DNA of 64,000 nt from Chiloscyllium plagiosum (GCF_004010195.1 NC_057718.1:55482422-55546421); one strand, 5' to 3'; shown: positions 37,964 to 50,412, counted from the stretch's first letter. Numbers and translations: made by a program. The notes: generated by a model from the sequence alone, not told the origin.

Positions 37964-38223
37964 ATTCCAGCCTTGGGCGACTGTCTGTGTGGAGTTTGCA
38001 CATTCTCCCCGTGTCTGAGTGGGTTTCCTCCGGGTGCTCCGGTTTCCTCCTACAGTCCAAAGATGCACAGGGCAGCTGAATTGGCCAAGTTAAATTGCAC
38101 ATAGTGTTAGGTGCATTAGTCAGAGCGAAATGGGTCTGGGTGGTTTACTCTTCAGAGAATCGGTGTGGACTTGTTGGGCCGAAGGGCCTGCTTCCACACT
38201 GTAGGAAATCTAATCTAATCTAA
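37964..38223 (+). mobile_element. 5'-truncated HE1/V-type SINE inserted in the RNase H of element 2
   Basis: V-domain CTGTGTGGAGTTTGCACATTCTCCCCGTGTCT; tail AATCTAATCTAATCTAA. Confidence 0.9.
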
Positions 38224-38592
38224 TGTTGCCAGTAATCTGTCTGAGACAATCATATATACTGATCATAACTCGTTAAAGTTTTTGTACAACTTAAGGACAA
38301 AAATTACAGACTGTTTAGATGGAGCTTATTTTTGCAGCCATTCAATTTGAAAATTATGCATGTGGCAGGACGAGAAAACGTAATTGCTGACATATTGTTG
38401 AGACTTGGATGAAAAAACGAATGCATTCAGTGACAGGAGTAAATGGACGGAAATAGAATGTAGTAATGAATGTTTGCATGGTGATAGTCAATGCAATGTA
38501 TGTTTATTGTAGCATACTAACAATGTAAGACTAAGGGATCCAAAATAAAGCCATCTTTATATATTGGTGGTTCATTTTTTTAAGGGGGGAGG

Positions 38593-38969
38593 TGTGACAA
38601 TGCTGTCATGTTAACAAGGTTATTTTGTTTATCAAATCTCCTTGAAGTTGTTCCCCCCTGCCTGTGAGAATTTACCTTTTTGCCAAGCGGTGTGTTTATG
38701 GGATGTTACTGGATTGGAACACTTCCTTAGTTAAGTTGCTGTTTCGGGTCAGTTAAGTTTTCCAATAGTTAAGCAATTTAACATTCCACTTTCTTTTGTT
38801 TGTGTTTCAACTGTAGTGTTTAAATAAATTCTGTTTTGCTTAAAACCAAGTTTTCCAGCTGCATCACACCTGGAATATTCACTTCACATCTGTCTTTAAA
38901 ATAAGTAAAAGTTAGGGTCGAGGCAACCTTCTTGAAATATTATGAGGGGGTCTGGCCTCGTCCAGAACA
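38593..38969 (+). repeat. 3' LTR of Gypsy element 2
   Basis: Follows PPT AAGGGGGGAGG; homologous to 30557-31015 with reciprocal deletions. Confidence 0.87.
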
Positions 38970-39400
38970 CTGACCTAGAATCCCTCTGTTCAGGATATGT
39001 CCTGAGTGAGGCTATGCAATTGCCTTCATTCAAGAGATGAGAAAGTGAGGACTGTGGATACTGGAGATCAGAGTCAAAAAGTGTGGCACTGAAAATGTAC
39101 AGCGGATGAGGCAGCATCTGAGGAGCAGGGGAGTTGACGTTTTGGGCATAAGAGGAATTAATGATGTCCACTAAGCTCAGTCATCCTAGTGAGCATGTCC
39201 ACTTCCATCAGCATACCCTTTATGTCATGTTCTCCACTTGCTGCATTTTCCAATGATAAAGCCAGTTGTAGTGCCTGTTGAAGACCAGCTCGTAGTCTTC
39301 TTTGCATGTTTACATAATTAATTCCACTGTCATCACCACTGCAAAAGCTCCACAGAGGCAGGTATTCTGCCACCCCTACACTTACCAATCCATAGTACTT
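38970..39400 (-). mobile_element. Gypsy element 3, gag remnant (with a PLE fragment at ~39035-39155)
   Basis: ORF 39158-39388 GINYVNMQRRL...QQALQLALSLENAA resembles Gypsy gag; same strand and collinear with 29317-30556. Confidence 0.68.
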
Positions 39401-39659
39401 AACACTGGTCCAGCTTTCTCAGAGCTAGCTCTCAGACCGAGCAAAACCCCTGACACTCCGTTTATCCTTTTTTTTGTGCACCTGAATACAGCCCAGTAAC
39501 AGAAAAGAAAAACCAAAAACACAAAAACAAAGAACAAAATCAGAAGGCAAATGTCTCCCAGTCCAGAGAATGAACTTTTCCATGCTGTACATTGGCTGTG
39601 GCCAGCCAGCTCAGAGTCAGTCACCTGAACTGAGGAAATTCTAATCTCCTGGTTACATT

Positions 39660-40790
39660 ATTTTCCCCAGTAAACCCCCACACTACTGCCAAACAGCGGT
39701 AGTGCTTATTTAATCCCCAGCACCCACGTCATGAAAAGAAACCCCCCAAGAGGTCAGTGGCAAGCAGTGTCCTTCTCAATAAAGGGTGATGCCTAAGTGA
39801 TCAAAAAAGTGAAGGGGAGGGCAAGGACTAAATCAAAATAGAATCAGAGGGGGAAATAAAACACTCTGCACCCCGCAGTGCCCACCTCTCCCTGAAAATC
39901 TTGAGTGTGTTGGTAGACACCGGGTACTCCTTCTCAAGGGACACCCGGGCCTGAACACAACCGCAGAAGAGGAGAAGGCAGTTAGCCATAACAACTCCCT
40001 CCGCTGCCCGCTGCCTGGACCTGTTTATGGCCAGCTTGACCAGGCCCAGGAATAGACCGACAAGGAGGTCCTCAAGAGTGCCCTCCCCTCTCCACACCAG
40101 GTGCCTAAAGATCAGGATCATGGGGCTGATGTGCAACCAAAAACATGAAAAAAGATCTTTAAGGAAAACAAAAAGGGAGTGCAGATGCCACAACCCATAT
40201 GAACATGGTCCACGAACTCCACAGCACAACAGAACATACAGTTAGGCTGAGAGTTCGTGAACTAGGAGAAAGGGCTTATGCCCGAAACGTCGATTCTCCT
40301 GCTCCTCAGATGCTGCCTGGCCTGCTGCGTTTTTCCAGCACCACATTTTTCAACTCTGGTCTCCAGCATCTGCAGTCCTCACTTTCTCCTGACATTCCTG
40401 AAGAAGGGCTTATGCCCAAAACGTCGATTCTCCTCCTCGGATGCTGCCTGGCCTGCTGCACTTTTCCAGCACCACATTTTTCAACTCTGGGAGTTCGTGA
40501 ACCACTGCAATCTGCGGTTGCAGGGGACTGCTTCATGCAACACCCTCCACCCGAGATCCCCAAGTGAAAGGGGAGGACTCCTGTGTAGAGAGCCCTCCAC
40601 TGAGGATTCCCATTGCCTGGTGGTAAATGGGCATACCAAGATGCGTCAGGGCAGTGGATAAGGGAGAAGGAGTGGATGGTGTGCAGCAGCAGTTGATAAA
40701 TGGCCCGGCGTTTAACATCCCTGAAGGGGACAAAACTAAAACCCCTGGGGGTGGCTCAGGTTGTGGGGCACAGGCTCCTGCTGGAGTGAC
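39660..40790 (-). mobile_element. Tx1/L1-like LINE 3' fragment
   Basis: WRVLHEAVPCNRRL zf-RVT-like region and ORF 39828-40229 (EDLLVGLFLGLVKLAINRSR...FRERWA). Confidence 0.75.
40263..40490 (+). mobile_element. Tandem PLE-terminus dimer with two hammerhead-like motifs, 12-bp TSD
   Basis: GAGTTCGTGAAC at 40251-40262 and 40491-40502; AGGGCTTATGCCC at 40271 and 40405 (134-bp period). Confidence 0.82.
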
Positions 40791-40934
40791 ACTCTGATTG
40801 GACCAGGTTAACAGCCCAATCAGAAAACCTGGCTGACCTTGTTACAATCACTACAAGGACCATCTATTTTTATTTCTCTGTATTTTTAATTGTGGACTGA
40901 AATGGGGAAATAATTGTTTTAAAAGACAAGAATT

Positions 40935-41733
40935 AGAGTCATAGAGATGTACAGCATGGAAACAGACCCTTCGGTTCAACCTGTCCATGCTGACCAGATA
41001 TCCCAATCCAATCTAGTCCCACCTGCCAGCACCTGGCCCATATCCCTCCAAATCCCTCCTATTCATATACCCATCCAAATGCCACTTAAATGTTGCACTT
41101 CCTAACACTTCCTCTGGCAGCTCATTCCATACACATACCACCCTCTGTGTGAAAAAAATTGCCCCTTAGGTCTTTTTTATATCTTTCCCCTCCCACCCTA
41201 AACCTATGCCCTCTAGTTCTGGACTCCCCAACCCCAGGGAAAAGACTTTGCCTATTTACCCTATCCATGCCCCTCATAATTTTGTAAACTTCTATAAGGT
41301 CACCCCTCAGCCTCCGATGCTACAGGGAAAACAGCCCCAGCCTGTTCAGCCTCTCCCTATAGCTCAAATCCTCCAACCCTGGCAACATCCTTGTAAATCT
41401 TTTCTGAACCCTTTCAAGTTTCACAACATCTTTCCGATAGGAAGGAGACCAGAATTGCATGCAATATTCCAACAGTGGCCGAACCAATGTCCTGTACAGT
41501 CGCAACATGACCTCCTAACTCCTGTACTCAATACTCTGACCAATAAAGGAAAGCATACCAAACGCCTTCTTCACTATCCTATCTACCTGCAACTCCACTT
41601 TCAAGGAGCTATGAACCTGCACTCCAAGGTCTCTGTGTTCAGCAACGCTCCCTAGGACCTTACCATTAAGTGTATAAGTCCTGCTAAGATTTCCTTTCCC
41701 AAAATGCAGCACCTCGCATTTATCTGAATTAAA
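40935..41733 (-). mobile_element. Young 5'-truncated CR1 LINE
   Basis: ORFs 41515-41712 and 41320-41508 (LYRTLVRPLLEYCMQFWSPSYRKDVVKLERVQKRFTRMLPGL); CTCTATGACTCTA tail. Confidence 0.93.
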
Positions 41734-42364
41734 TGTTTTTTTAAAAGCAAGTTACCCTGACACCCGCTTTAAATGGCATTCACAGCTGTTAGTGCAAGAA
41801 ATGGGGAAAGCCTAGTTACAAACATGCTTGAACCAAGAGGCTATGTGTAATTGGTGATTTGACTGTCATTAAGTAATTGATTGGTCTGTAGAATTGTGAA
41901 CAGTCATCAATGATAACAGGCCTTCCGCCTGCCAATAACTGTGTGATTGTCTCCCAAGTAGCTGAACAGCTTGGGGTGTTAACGTTTGGGCAGAAATCAC
42001 TGAACTTTTGGAAGGAGCTGCTTTTGATCTGTAGTACAAAGCAACTCAAGACTGAAGGTGCCTGTTCATTTTCCCTCATTAATTGCAGTAAGCTGTGATT
42101 TTTTTAATTGACAAGGCACCTAGTCAAGAAGAGATGGCACCTAGAGAATGGTAACTCCTACTTTGGTGGGTCTTGCGCAGGCAATGACGAAGCAGTGGAG
42201 GACTCTTCCAGTTCTATCTTTTTGTTTTTAAACTATTCAAAATGGCGTCAGATTGTGGTGACAGTTGAAGCTTTTCATTGTGTTTTAGTCTATTATTCAA
42301 TGTAAAATGCAAGTGACAACAATAATAAATTATCAAATCAGAATTCCCAATTTTTCACCTGTTG

Positions 42365-43310
42365 TGTAGCCATAGTATATAAATGGCTGGTCCAGTTTAG
42401 TATCTGGTCATTGGCAAACCCCAACTGCTATCCCCGCCAGAATGTTGATAATGGAGAAATCAATGATGATAATTCCATTGAATGTCAAGGAGTGATGGTT
42501 TGATTCTCTCTTGTTTGATGTAGTCATTGTTGGCACTTGTATGGGACATATGTTCCTTGCCACTTTAGCTAGATGTGTCCAGATTTTGATGCATGTGGAC
42601 TTGGACTCTTCAGTACCTGAGGAGACATGAATGGTACTGAACATTGTGCCATCATTTGCAAATGGTCCCACTTCTGACCATAATGAAGGAAACGTCATTG
42701 ATGAAACAATTGAAGATGATTGGATTTGGATATTACCTGAGGAACTCTTACAGTGAGATGTTTGACCTACTCTTATGTTGAGATGATTGACCTGCAACAA
42801 TCACAAACCATCTTGTTTTAGTAGATTAGATCCCCTTCAGTGTGGAAACAGGCCCTTTGGCCCAACAAGTCCACACTGACCCTCTGAAGAGTAACTCACC
42901 AGAGACCCATTCCCCTCTGACTATTGCATCTAAAGCTATGGGCAATTTAGCTTGGCCAGCACATTTTTGGACTGTGGGAGGAAACCATGCAGACACAGAG
43001 GGACTCTGCAAACTTCACACAGACAGTCGCACAAGGCCAGAATCAAACCTGGATCCCTGGCGCTGTGAGGCAACAGTGCTAACCACTGAACCACCATTCC
43101 ACCCCAAACAGTGGAAAGCATTCCTCTGATTCCTATTGACTGCAGGTTTGCTAGGATGTTTTGATGCTATATTTGCTTTGGTGTCAAGAACAGTCAATCC
43201 CACCTCATCTCTGGAGTTCAACTTTTATTTCAGTGTTTTGACCAAGGCTGTAATGAGGTCAGGAGCTGCATGCCCCTAGCAAAATCCATACTGAGCATCA
43301 GTGAGCAGGC
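42365..43310 (-). mobile_element. Degenerate CR1-clade RT fragment interrupted by a SINE
   Basis: SEVGPFANDGTMF (42408-42800) and LTVLDTKA (43015-43221). Confidence 0.7.
42821..43105 (-). mobile_element. HE1/V-type SINE
   Basis: Same body as 24854-25151, with a TCTAATCTA tail. Confidence 0.88.
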
Positions 43311-43489
43311 TGAAGGTACAATCCAGAAAATGCACAATCAATTTGGTTCACAAATGTTGCATGTCCAGTTGCATTCTCCTATTATTTTTATTTCATTCAA
43401 ACCTCCCACATTTTGTTACAGTTTCTTTATCCTCATAATGTATCCTACCTGATCCAAATTCTGGACAATCTAGTTTATGATTGAAGACA

Positions 43490-43575
43490 AAAAATACTGG
43501 AAATCACAACGGTTCAGACAGCATCCAATGAGAGCAAGCTAACATTTCAAGTCTAAATGACTCTTCATCAAAGTC
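43490..43575 (-). mobile_element. PLE terminus (second subfamily) with hammerhead-like motif
   Basis: Minus strand TTGATGA-A-GAGTC-ATTTA-GACTT-GAAA-TG-TT-AGCT. Confidence 0.6.
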
Positions 43576-44129
43576 ATCAGTTTGTGATTGGGTTGATCAG
43601 AACTATTTCATATGCAAACCAGATTTCAAATGCCCTCTTTGGAAAAATCATTTTATCTGTTTCTGGAATGAGTGCATAGCTGGCAAGAAATCCTTTTGGT
43701 ACCATCGTAAGACATTGCTGAACTGCAAATTTGATGTGATACAACCACTGGTAATAGGGACATTCACTGTATTGTAAAAGGTGAGTTTCAGAATTTTGAT
43801 CCCATGTTGTTTCAAGGAAGCTTGGTGTGTGATTTCCAAAGGAATTTGCAGGTGATTTCAAGTTGCCTCCATGCATCTTCTGCTTTTGTCCTTCTGGGTG
43901 GTAGAGGTCACTGATTTGGAGTCTGGGTGAGTTGCTTTCTGTCGGTGGGCAAACAGTTTTATATCATGTTTTCAGACGCCCTCTCTTCATTTCCACCACC
44001 AGCAAATATCAGAACTCAAACCATTAACCCATTCTTGATGACGTGCCATATACTGATGCCAGCATTGAGTTTTGGAAACAAAATTTCCGCAACTCCCTCG
44101 GAGGAACAGAAATAGATTTCAGGGACTGT

Positions 44130-44310
44130 TTCTGCGGACCGTCTCCAAGCGCGCGGTTTGACGCTCGAGCACGTACTTTGCGCACATTTACGCCTCCCTC
44201 CCCATATCCCTCACAGACGTCAACGGCTGCCCTGCGCCGTTACTAAGCGTTACTGCCCACCTGGTAACGAGCGCGCGCAGCATTTCCAACGGAACTCAGC
44301 CCCGTCCTTC
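44130..44310. promoter_or_regulatory. CpG-rich putative promoter of EML6
   Basis: Dense CpG (GCGCGCGG, GAGCGCGCGC, many CG) in an otherwise CpG-poor window, 200-380 bp upstream of the ATG. Confidence 0.65.
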
Positions 44311-44497
44311 AGTGTTAGCTGTTTGCTGCTGCATTTAGCTGACATCATTGAAGTTGTTATTGCAATTGTGAAGAGGTACTTTGTGAACGGGAGATTGTGC
44401 TTCTGAAATTTTGCTAAAGATTTGTTGCCCTTGAAAGCGATTTTTTTTTTGCAGCACTCTTCCTAAGCCATTGAGAAGGACGGCAAATAAGTAATAG

Positions 44498-44707
<210 letters not shown>

Positions 44708-46384
44708 TAGTATTTACCATGCGGAATGAAATGTAATACTTAACAAAAGAATAGTCCCCAACAGTATACCAGTTGTTTTAAAAATATGATTTATGCTTTC
44801 AATATTAAATTACAGTATATTTGTATTACGTAGAATATCATTCTTGACGTCCTATGTTTGCTTTTTCAGATTATATCAGATGTATTTATTTTAAGCATCA
44901 AGTTTCACAGTATTTTATAGCCATCTTTATGGATAAACTGGAGTATTAAATATGCGATGCGTTATTTTTATAACAAATACATTTCAGTGTATATGTGTCA
45001 TTATTTTAAGCACATTTTTAGTTCAGATTTCATATTTGAGTAATATTTAAAATAATTATTTCAAGAAATTCAGATACATGTTTCCAAGTATGTTTCAGTT
45101 TTACATTGATTTGATAATTTTTGGTACTGTCCTAACTCGGCTGCTGGTTTACGTAACTTGAGTAAAACCATTGTCTGTTTTGATGTTTCCATTGGTATTG
45201 AAAAGAGAGATGAAAATAATCTCTAAGTAAACAATAAATACTGACGCGGAGGTGAACGAAATTGTTTTACTACGCATCGTCTATAGAGACATAAGCTAAG
45301 GCAAATTATTTCGGAGGGAGGTACCGTACATGACAGTAATAACTGGCCGAATCTATTTTACTATATTTTTACCAACGACAACTCCGCTGCTAAATTTGAA
45401 ACGTCTTCAGCTGCAACGATGAGGTACAGTTCAATACGTTAACACTCCTGCATCGTGATGAATACTGATCTTGGTTTTATTCCTTTTACGCTGTGAAGTA
45501 GAACAAAAAGCGATCTTCATATATATTACAATACATCTCACTTAAAATAATTTTCATGATTTTTGAGTGCTGCCATTCTGTTCCTTTTTTTGCATTTATG
45601 TATTTTAATAGCGCTGTGAAAGCCTAGCTTTTAAAAAAAAATTGCTGTAATTTCATTACAGTGCTCCTTTTCTTATGAAGTACCCTCTATTTGAAATTTT
45701 TCTGGGACTGTCAGTGTACAAAATTAACCTTTAACAATTATTTTAAATCGTTGAAAAACTCCACATTATTATATTGCACCACATAATTCTCTTTCCACCA
45801 TTGTGACTTGTTTTGAGTTTGAGTTTTAAAGAAAAAGTGGTTAAGTGGTTAGGAAAGTTGCAACAGTTTTATTATGATATCAGTTCACAACTTTAATGTA
45901 TTAATGTAATCTTAGCTGTACAAATATTTGTAAAACTATTTATTTTGACCTGAATGCCATTTATTTTGTATATTAGCTTACACTGTCTTTAGCACGAGGA
46001 GTTAAGCTTTATTGCGATGGTTGAAAAGCAGCACCAGCAGCGTTTTGTAGTTGTTAGGAAGATGCTCACTTTAGTTTAAAGCTGATCATCATATTTTTAA
46101 TGTTTAAAAACTGTAAGCTTTGTTCTTGACAAAACCAGTTGAATTAAAATCCATACATGAATTCCTTTTAAAAGATTTGAAAATAGGTCAGTAACAACAG
46201 CCCATGTACTAATTGTGATGTTTTATTAACCTTTACTAACAGTTAATTTATTTATGATGTGTGTTGGCTGAGACACTCCTGACAATGACTATAAAATTAT
46301 TAAATTTGTGATGAATTTGTGGTCTCAAAGTATCATGTTAATAGGGATATCTAAAAGTAAGCAGATAATCAATATACCTAGAAA

Positions 46385-46510
46385 ACATAAAGGTTTGGAG
46401 GGATGTGGGCCAAGAACAAGCAGGTGAGACGAGTTTAGTTTGGGATTATGTTTGGCATGGACTGATTGAACCACAGCATCTGTTTCCGTGCTGTATGACT
46501 CTGACTCTAC
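46385..46510 (+). mobile_element. Short CR1 3' tail
   Basis: GGTTTGGAGGGATGTGGGCC...CTGTATGACTCTGACTCTA. Confidence 0.7.
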
Positions 46511-47101
46511 AAAATTTCAGCTTCCTGTAAATGAAATAATGAAACCAATTAATTTCAGATAGCATTCAAAAAAAAATATTTGACTTGTTACAAATGGAAT
46601 CTGGTTAAAATTGTTTAAAATGAAAATATTTTATTTAATCTACTCAATATACAATCAATTGGACAACATTGCAAATTGCAGTGGAACTGAAAATTTAAGC
46701 CATAAGTATCAAAAGTCAAGGCTGATTTGATCCATAGCAAACTTTATTTGCTTGCTTTTTTTATATACATATAACATCTTAACATTAAGGGTGAATATAG
46801 TATAGAATCTTTATAATTAATTAAAAATACTTAGATTTTTATACTTCTTCAGCAAATTCTGATTTCTTTTTAGTGTAAATTAGAAGACATCAACATCTCC
46901 ATTTACTGCTCATAATATTAAAAATAAAAGCATTTAGTTTTTCCTGTGTTCTTGATGAACTAAATTGTACAAGTATAAAATTTCCACCTCTGGCATACAT
47001 GCATGTACATCACCTGAATCTTACAAAATTCCAATATTTAAATGACACCCTCTTACACAGGAGAATTATCAAATGAAATAGAGTCTGACTGTTAGGAGAT
47101 A

Positions 47102-47398
47102 TTAGATTAGATTCCATACAGTGTGGGAACAGGCTCTTCGGCCCAAGAAGTCCACACCGACCCTCTGAAGAGTAACCCACCCAGACCTATTTACCTCTGA
47201 CTAATGCACCGAGCACGATGGGCAACTTAGCATGACAAGTTCACCTGACCTGCACATCTTTGGAGTGTGGGAGGAAACCCATGCAGACACAGAGAGAATG
47301 TGCAAACTCCACACAGACAGTCACTCAAGGCTTGAATTGAACCTGGGTCCCTGGTGCTGTGAGGCAGCAGTGCTAATCACTCAGCTACCGTGCTGCAC
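47102..47398 (-). mobile_element. HE1/V-type SINE (intronic)
   Basis: (TTAGA)n tail and body as in other copies. Confidence 0.88.
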
Positions 47399-48814
47399 AT
47401 TAGGTCTGATGACCACAGGCCTCATCAAAGAGAGAGGTTTCAAAGATCGTCTTAAAGCAGGAAAAAGAAGTGAAGAGATTAAAGGCAAGAATCTCAACAG
47501 CTGCAGGCATAGATACCATTGGTGGAACTGTTAAAATCAGGGAAGCAAAACAAATCAGAATTGGAAAAGTGCTGATATAGTCCAAGGTTGGCCAATGGAG
47601 TAGTGACTATCAATGACAAAGGTCTTCTGCCTAACAGCAATTTTGTGAGGTAGCTGGACAGTCTGGGATGCAAATGCTTTGGCAAAAACTATAAAACCTC
47701 TGAAAGAAAAGACATTGTGTTTTTACTCTGTAGTGAAAAAGTATCCGAATCCTCAAGATAGCCAGTTTGATTCTACTTTCCAGTGACTGTATATTGTGAC
47801 TTATATATATTGGAACCAGTCCCTGCACCTCCTGCAAACAAGTATCTAGAGAAGGAATATTGAGAAGCAGCATTCTGATCAGCACAGGAATCATTTCAGT
47901 AAACTCAGTGGATAGCCTTCCCAGGCTTTTTCACTGCCCATAATAACCATTTTTGTTTTGTCTCTGTTTGTGTTGTCTGTATGTGTAAATGGAGGGGGTG
48001 GGGGGTTCTTAAGGGAATTAGTTTTAACAGATAAAGCTGTTTTTCGAAAGTAAATAATTGTTTATTTGTATTTAGAATCCATTTATTTATAACAAATAGT
48101 CATTTTTGTGAAGTACAGAGCCTGGTCAGAGGTTTCCATCGACCTGGGTTCTAAAAGGTAGGTAAATTGGGGAATAATGCATACTTGAAATCTCTAACTG
48201 TTGTGATGACTCTGGGAATAGTGGGGTTTTACTCCTCAGAGTGTGCACTTGCTTGCCCGCGCAACGAGAAGTCATGGTACCTGTTCTGTTTAGCCATTCA
48301 CTTTCATTTCTTTCACATCCACACATCATTTTCAACCAAGTGAAACCAGTTCTTAGGAATATTGATTACTGAACTCAATCACATTGAATGGTGAGAGCTT
48401 CCGATTTAAAGATCAAAAGTTTTGTTTAATTGTGATTCTTGTGAATCATATTTGCAAATATGGAAAGTGCAATAAATTCAACATCCCACAATTGGTAGGT
48501 GAAAAGTAGAACTTTAGAAATGTTTGTGTGAAAACAAGTATTATACAAGTTGCAAAGAAATGGGTATAACTAATTTTTGAAGGTCCTTAGTAATTTCTTA
48601 CATAATATAATCTGCTGCATCATATAATTGGATTTTGAAATCACACATAGCAAATCAATGATTTGATTAGTTTGTGCTGCATTGGGAAGAACAAATATAC
48701 ACTTGGGGTTAGGAAATCTAATACAATTGCCTTTAGGTGCATAGATTGGAGGTGGTCGGTGTGGGGGAATGTTGGGGGTGCATGTTTAAATGAATTTATT
48801 CTGAATGTTGAGGC

Positions 48815-48905
48815 CAGATGAAGGGCTTTTGCCCGAAATGTCGATTTCGCTGCACCTCGGATGCTTCCTGAACTGCTGTGCTCTTCCAGCACCACTAATC
48901 CAGAT
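48815..48905 (+). mobile_element. PLE terminus with a near-complete hammerhead-like core
   Basis: CAGATGAAGGGCTTTTGCCCGAAATGTCGATT...CTCTTCCAGCACCACTAATCCAG. Confidence 0.72.
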
Positions 48906-50412
48906 AAATTTTAAGTGTCTGTTGGTGTTTTTGCTAGTATTGCAGTACCTCTTGGTTCAGTGAGCTGTTGGTTGGGAAATTTGGAAGTTGGAGGATTAAT
49001 GGAAATTGGGAGTTGACTGAAGGAGGAGAAAAACATTGGTGGTGTCCTATGTTAATTTAATATGGGCACAGAAGTTGTGTTCCTGCTCCTCCTGACTTCA
49101 TGCACAGGTGAGCACAGAAACTTTTCTGAATGAAGGTGTAATTTTCTTGATTTCAACTGTTGCTGGAGTTCATTGCATCAATATGAATTCATCTTGTAAA
49201 TGGATCCTATTTTGAAGACCCAATATGGAATGAAAGATTAAAAATGTTTAAAAAGCACAGAATACTGGAGAAACTCAGCAGGTCTGGCAACATTGGTGTC
49301 GAGAAAAACAGTTAACTTTTTGAGTCCAAAATAACACTTCTGAGCAGAGAATAAAAATTGATCCTGTATTTTAGTGAATGTACAGATTACTTTTTTTTTG
49401 TTTGTTCCAAAAGTATTGACTGTAGGTGACCTTGATTCTTAAGATTCTTGGCAAGATTAGAGGTCAATATCCACATATACATTGCTGTGTACAAGATTTC
49501 TAAAGGTGTGATAACTTGAGAGAAGAAAACATTTGTCTTGACCAATGCCTGTCAACATTTTCACTCAAAGAAAGCAAATAGTGTAATCATATTTTATTCA
49601 ACATGTTCCTGTAGCTCAGTATTTTGTTTACTTTTTCTCTTTTCCCCTCTTCAATCTAATCTTGAATGTTGAACATTTCTGCCTTGACTGCTCATATTGT
49701 ACTGGAAATGGATTCCATAGCTGCATAGTTCTGTAAAAGAATATTCTCTTATAAACTTTGTATTTGTGGCACTCATTTTTTTTAATGAGTACATATATAT
49801 TGTGATACTGTGCATAGTTTAGCTAACCTACTTTATAAGAACTATTGGTTAAGTTAATATTGAATGTTCGTTGCAGGTGTATTGGGTTGAAAATAACAAT
49901 GGTTGCTGGCCGTGGTCCTGAATTCAGCAGAAAATAGCTGGTCCCAGCTATCTAATAGTTTTTCTGTCATTTAAATGACAAAAGAGCGATTGTAAAAAAG
50001 ATTTACTTGAGCGTCCCATTGACTCCACTCTCAAAACTAGTAGAAGGAAAATTAAAAATAAAAGACTTTAGGGCTGAATATCAGGAATCAATTTATACAT
50101 GAAAAGCTAAAAATTTGGTGCCAGAAGTGGGGGATCAACTCTTAAGATGTAGAAGCAGACGTAAGCCATTGAGTCTACTCTTCCTATTGAATATTGACCC
50201 ATTCAATAAGGTCAAGGCTAATTTGATGATCCTCAACTGCTTTCATGTTTTTTTCCCATACTGAGTGTTGTCTCAGCCTTGAATATACTTAGCAACCCAA
50301 CCTCTACACTGCTGTGTCATAAGAAGTACACAGATTACTCTGAGAGAAGAAATTCCTACTTATATAAGTCCTAACTGTGCAACCCCTCACTCAGACTTTT
50401 TTCTCTGGTCCA

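Larger units (their letters stand above)
30557..38969 (+). mobile_element. Gypsy LTR retrotransposon element 2, Gmr1-like order (gag-PR-IN-RT-RH), with three nested insertions
   Basis: LTRs 30557-31015 and 38593-38969, both starting TGTGACA and ending AACA; gag ORF 31442-31990; integrase ~32720-33580 (YHPELQGALERWHQMLK); RT ~36830-37700 (WSSPIIMVPNPDG..LCVDYCKVN, YIDDL); RNase H TIEKET; PPT 38582-38592; 4-bp flanks CTGG/CTGA. Confidence 0.93.

Noticed and set aside
43577..43876. 99-aa minus-strand ORF next to the promoter as a divergent gene
   Set aside because: Its 5' part matches the old CR1-clade 3' region (compare 20640-20830), so it is probably a chance ORF in a decayed repeat
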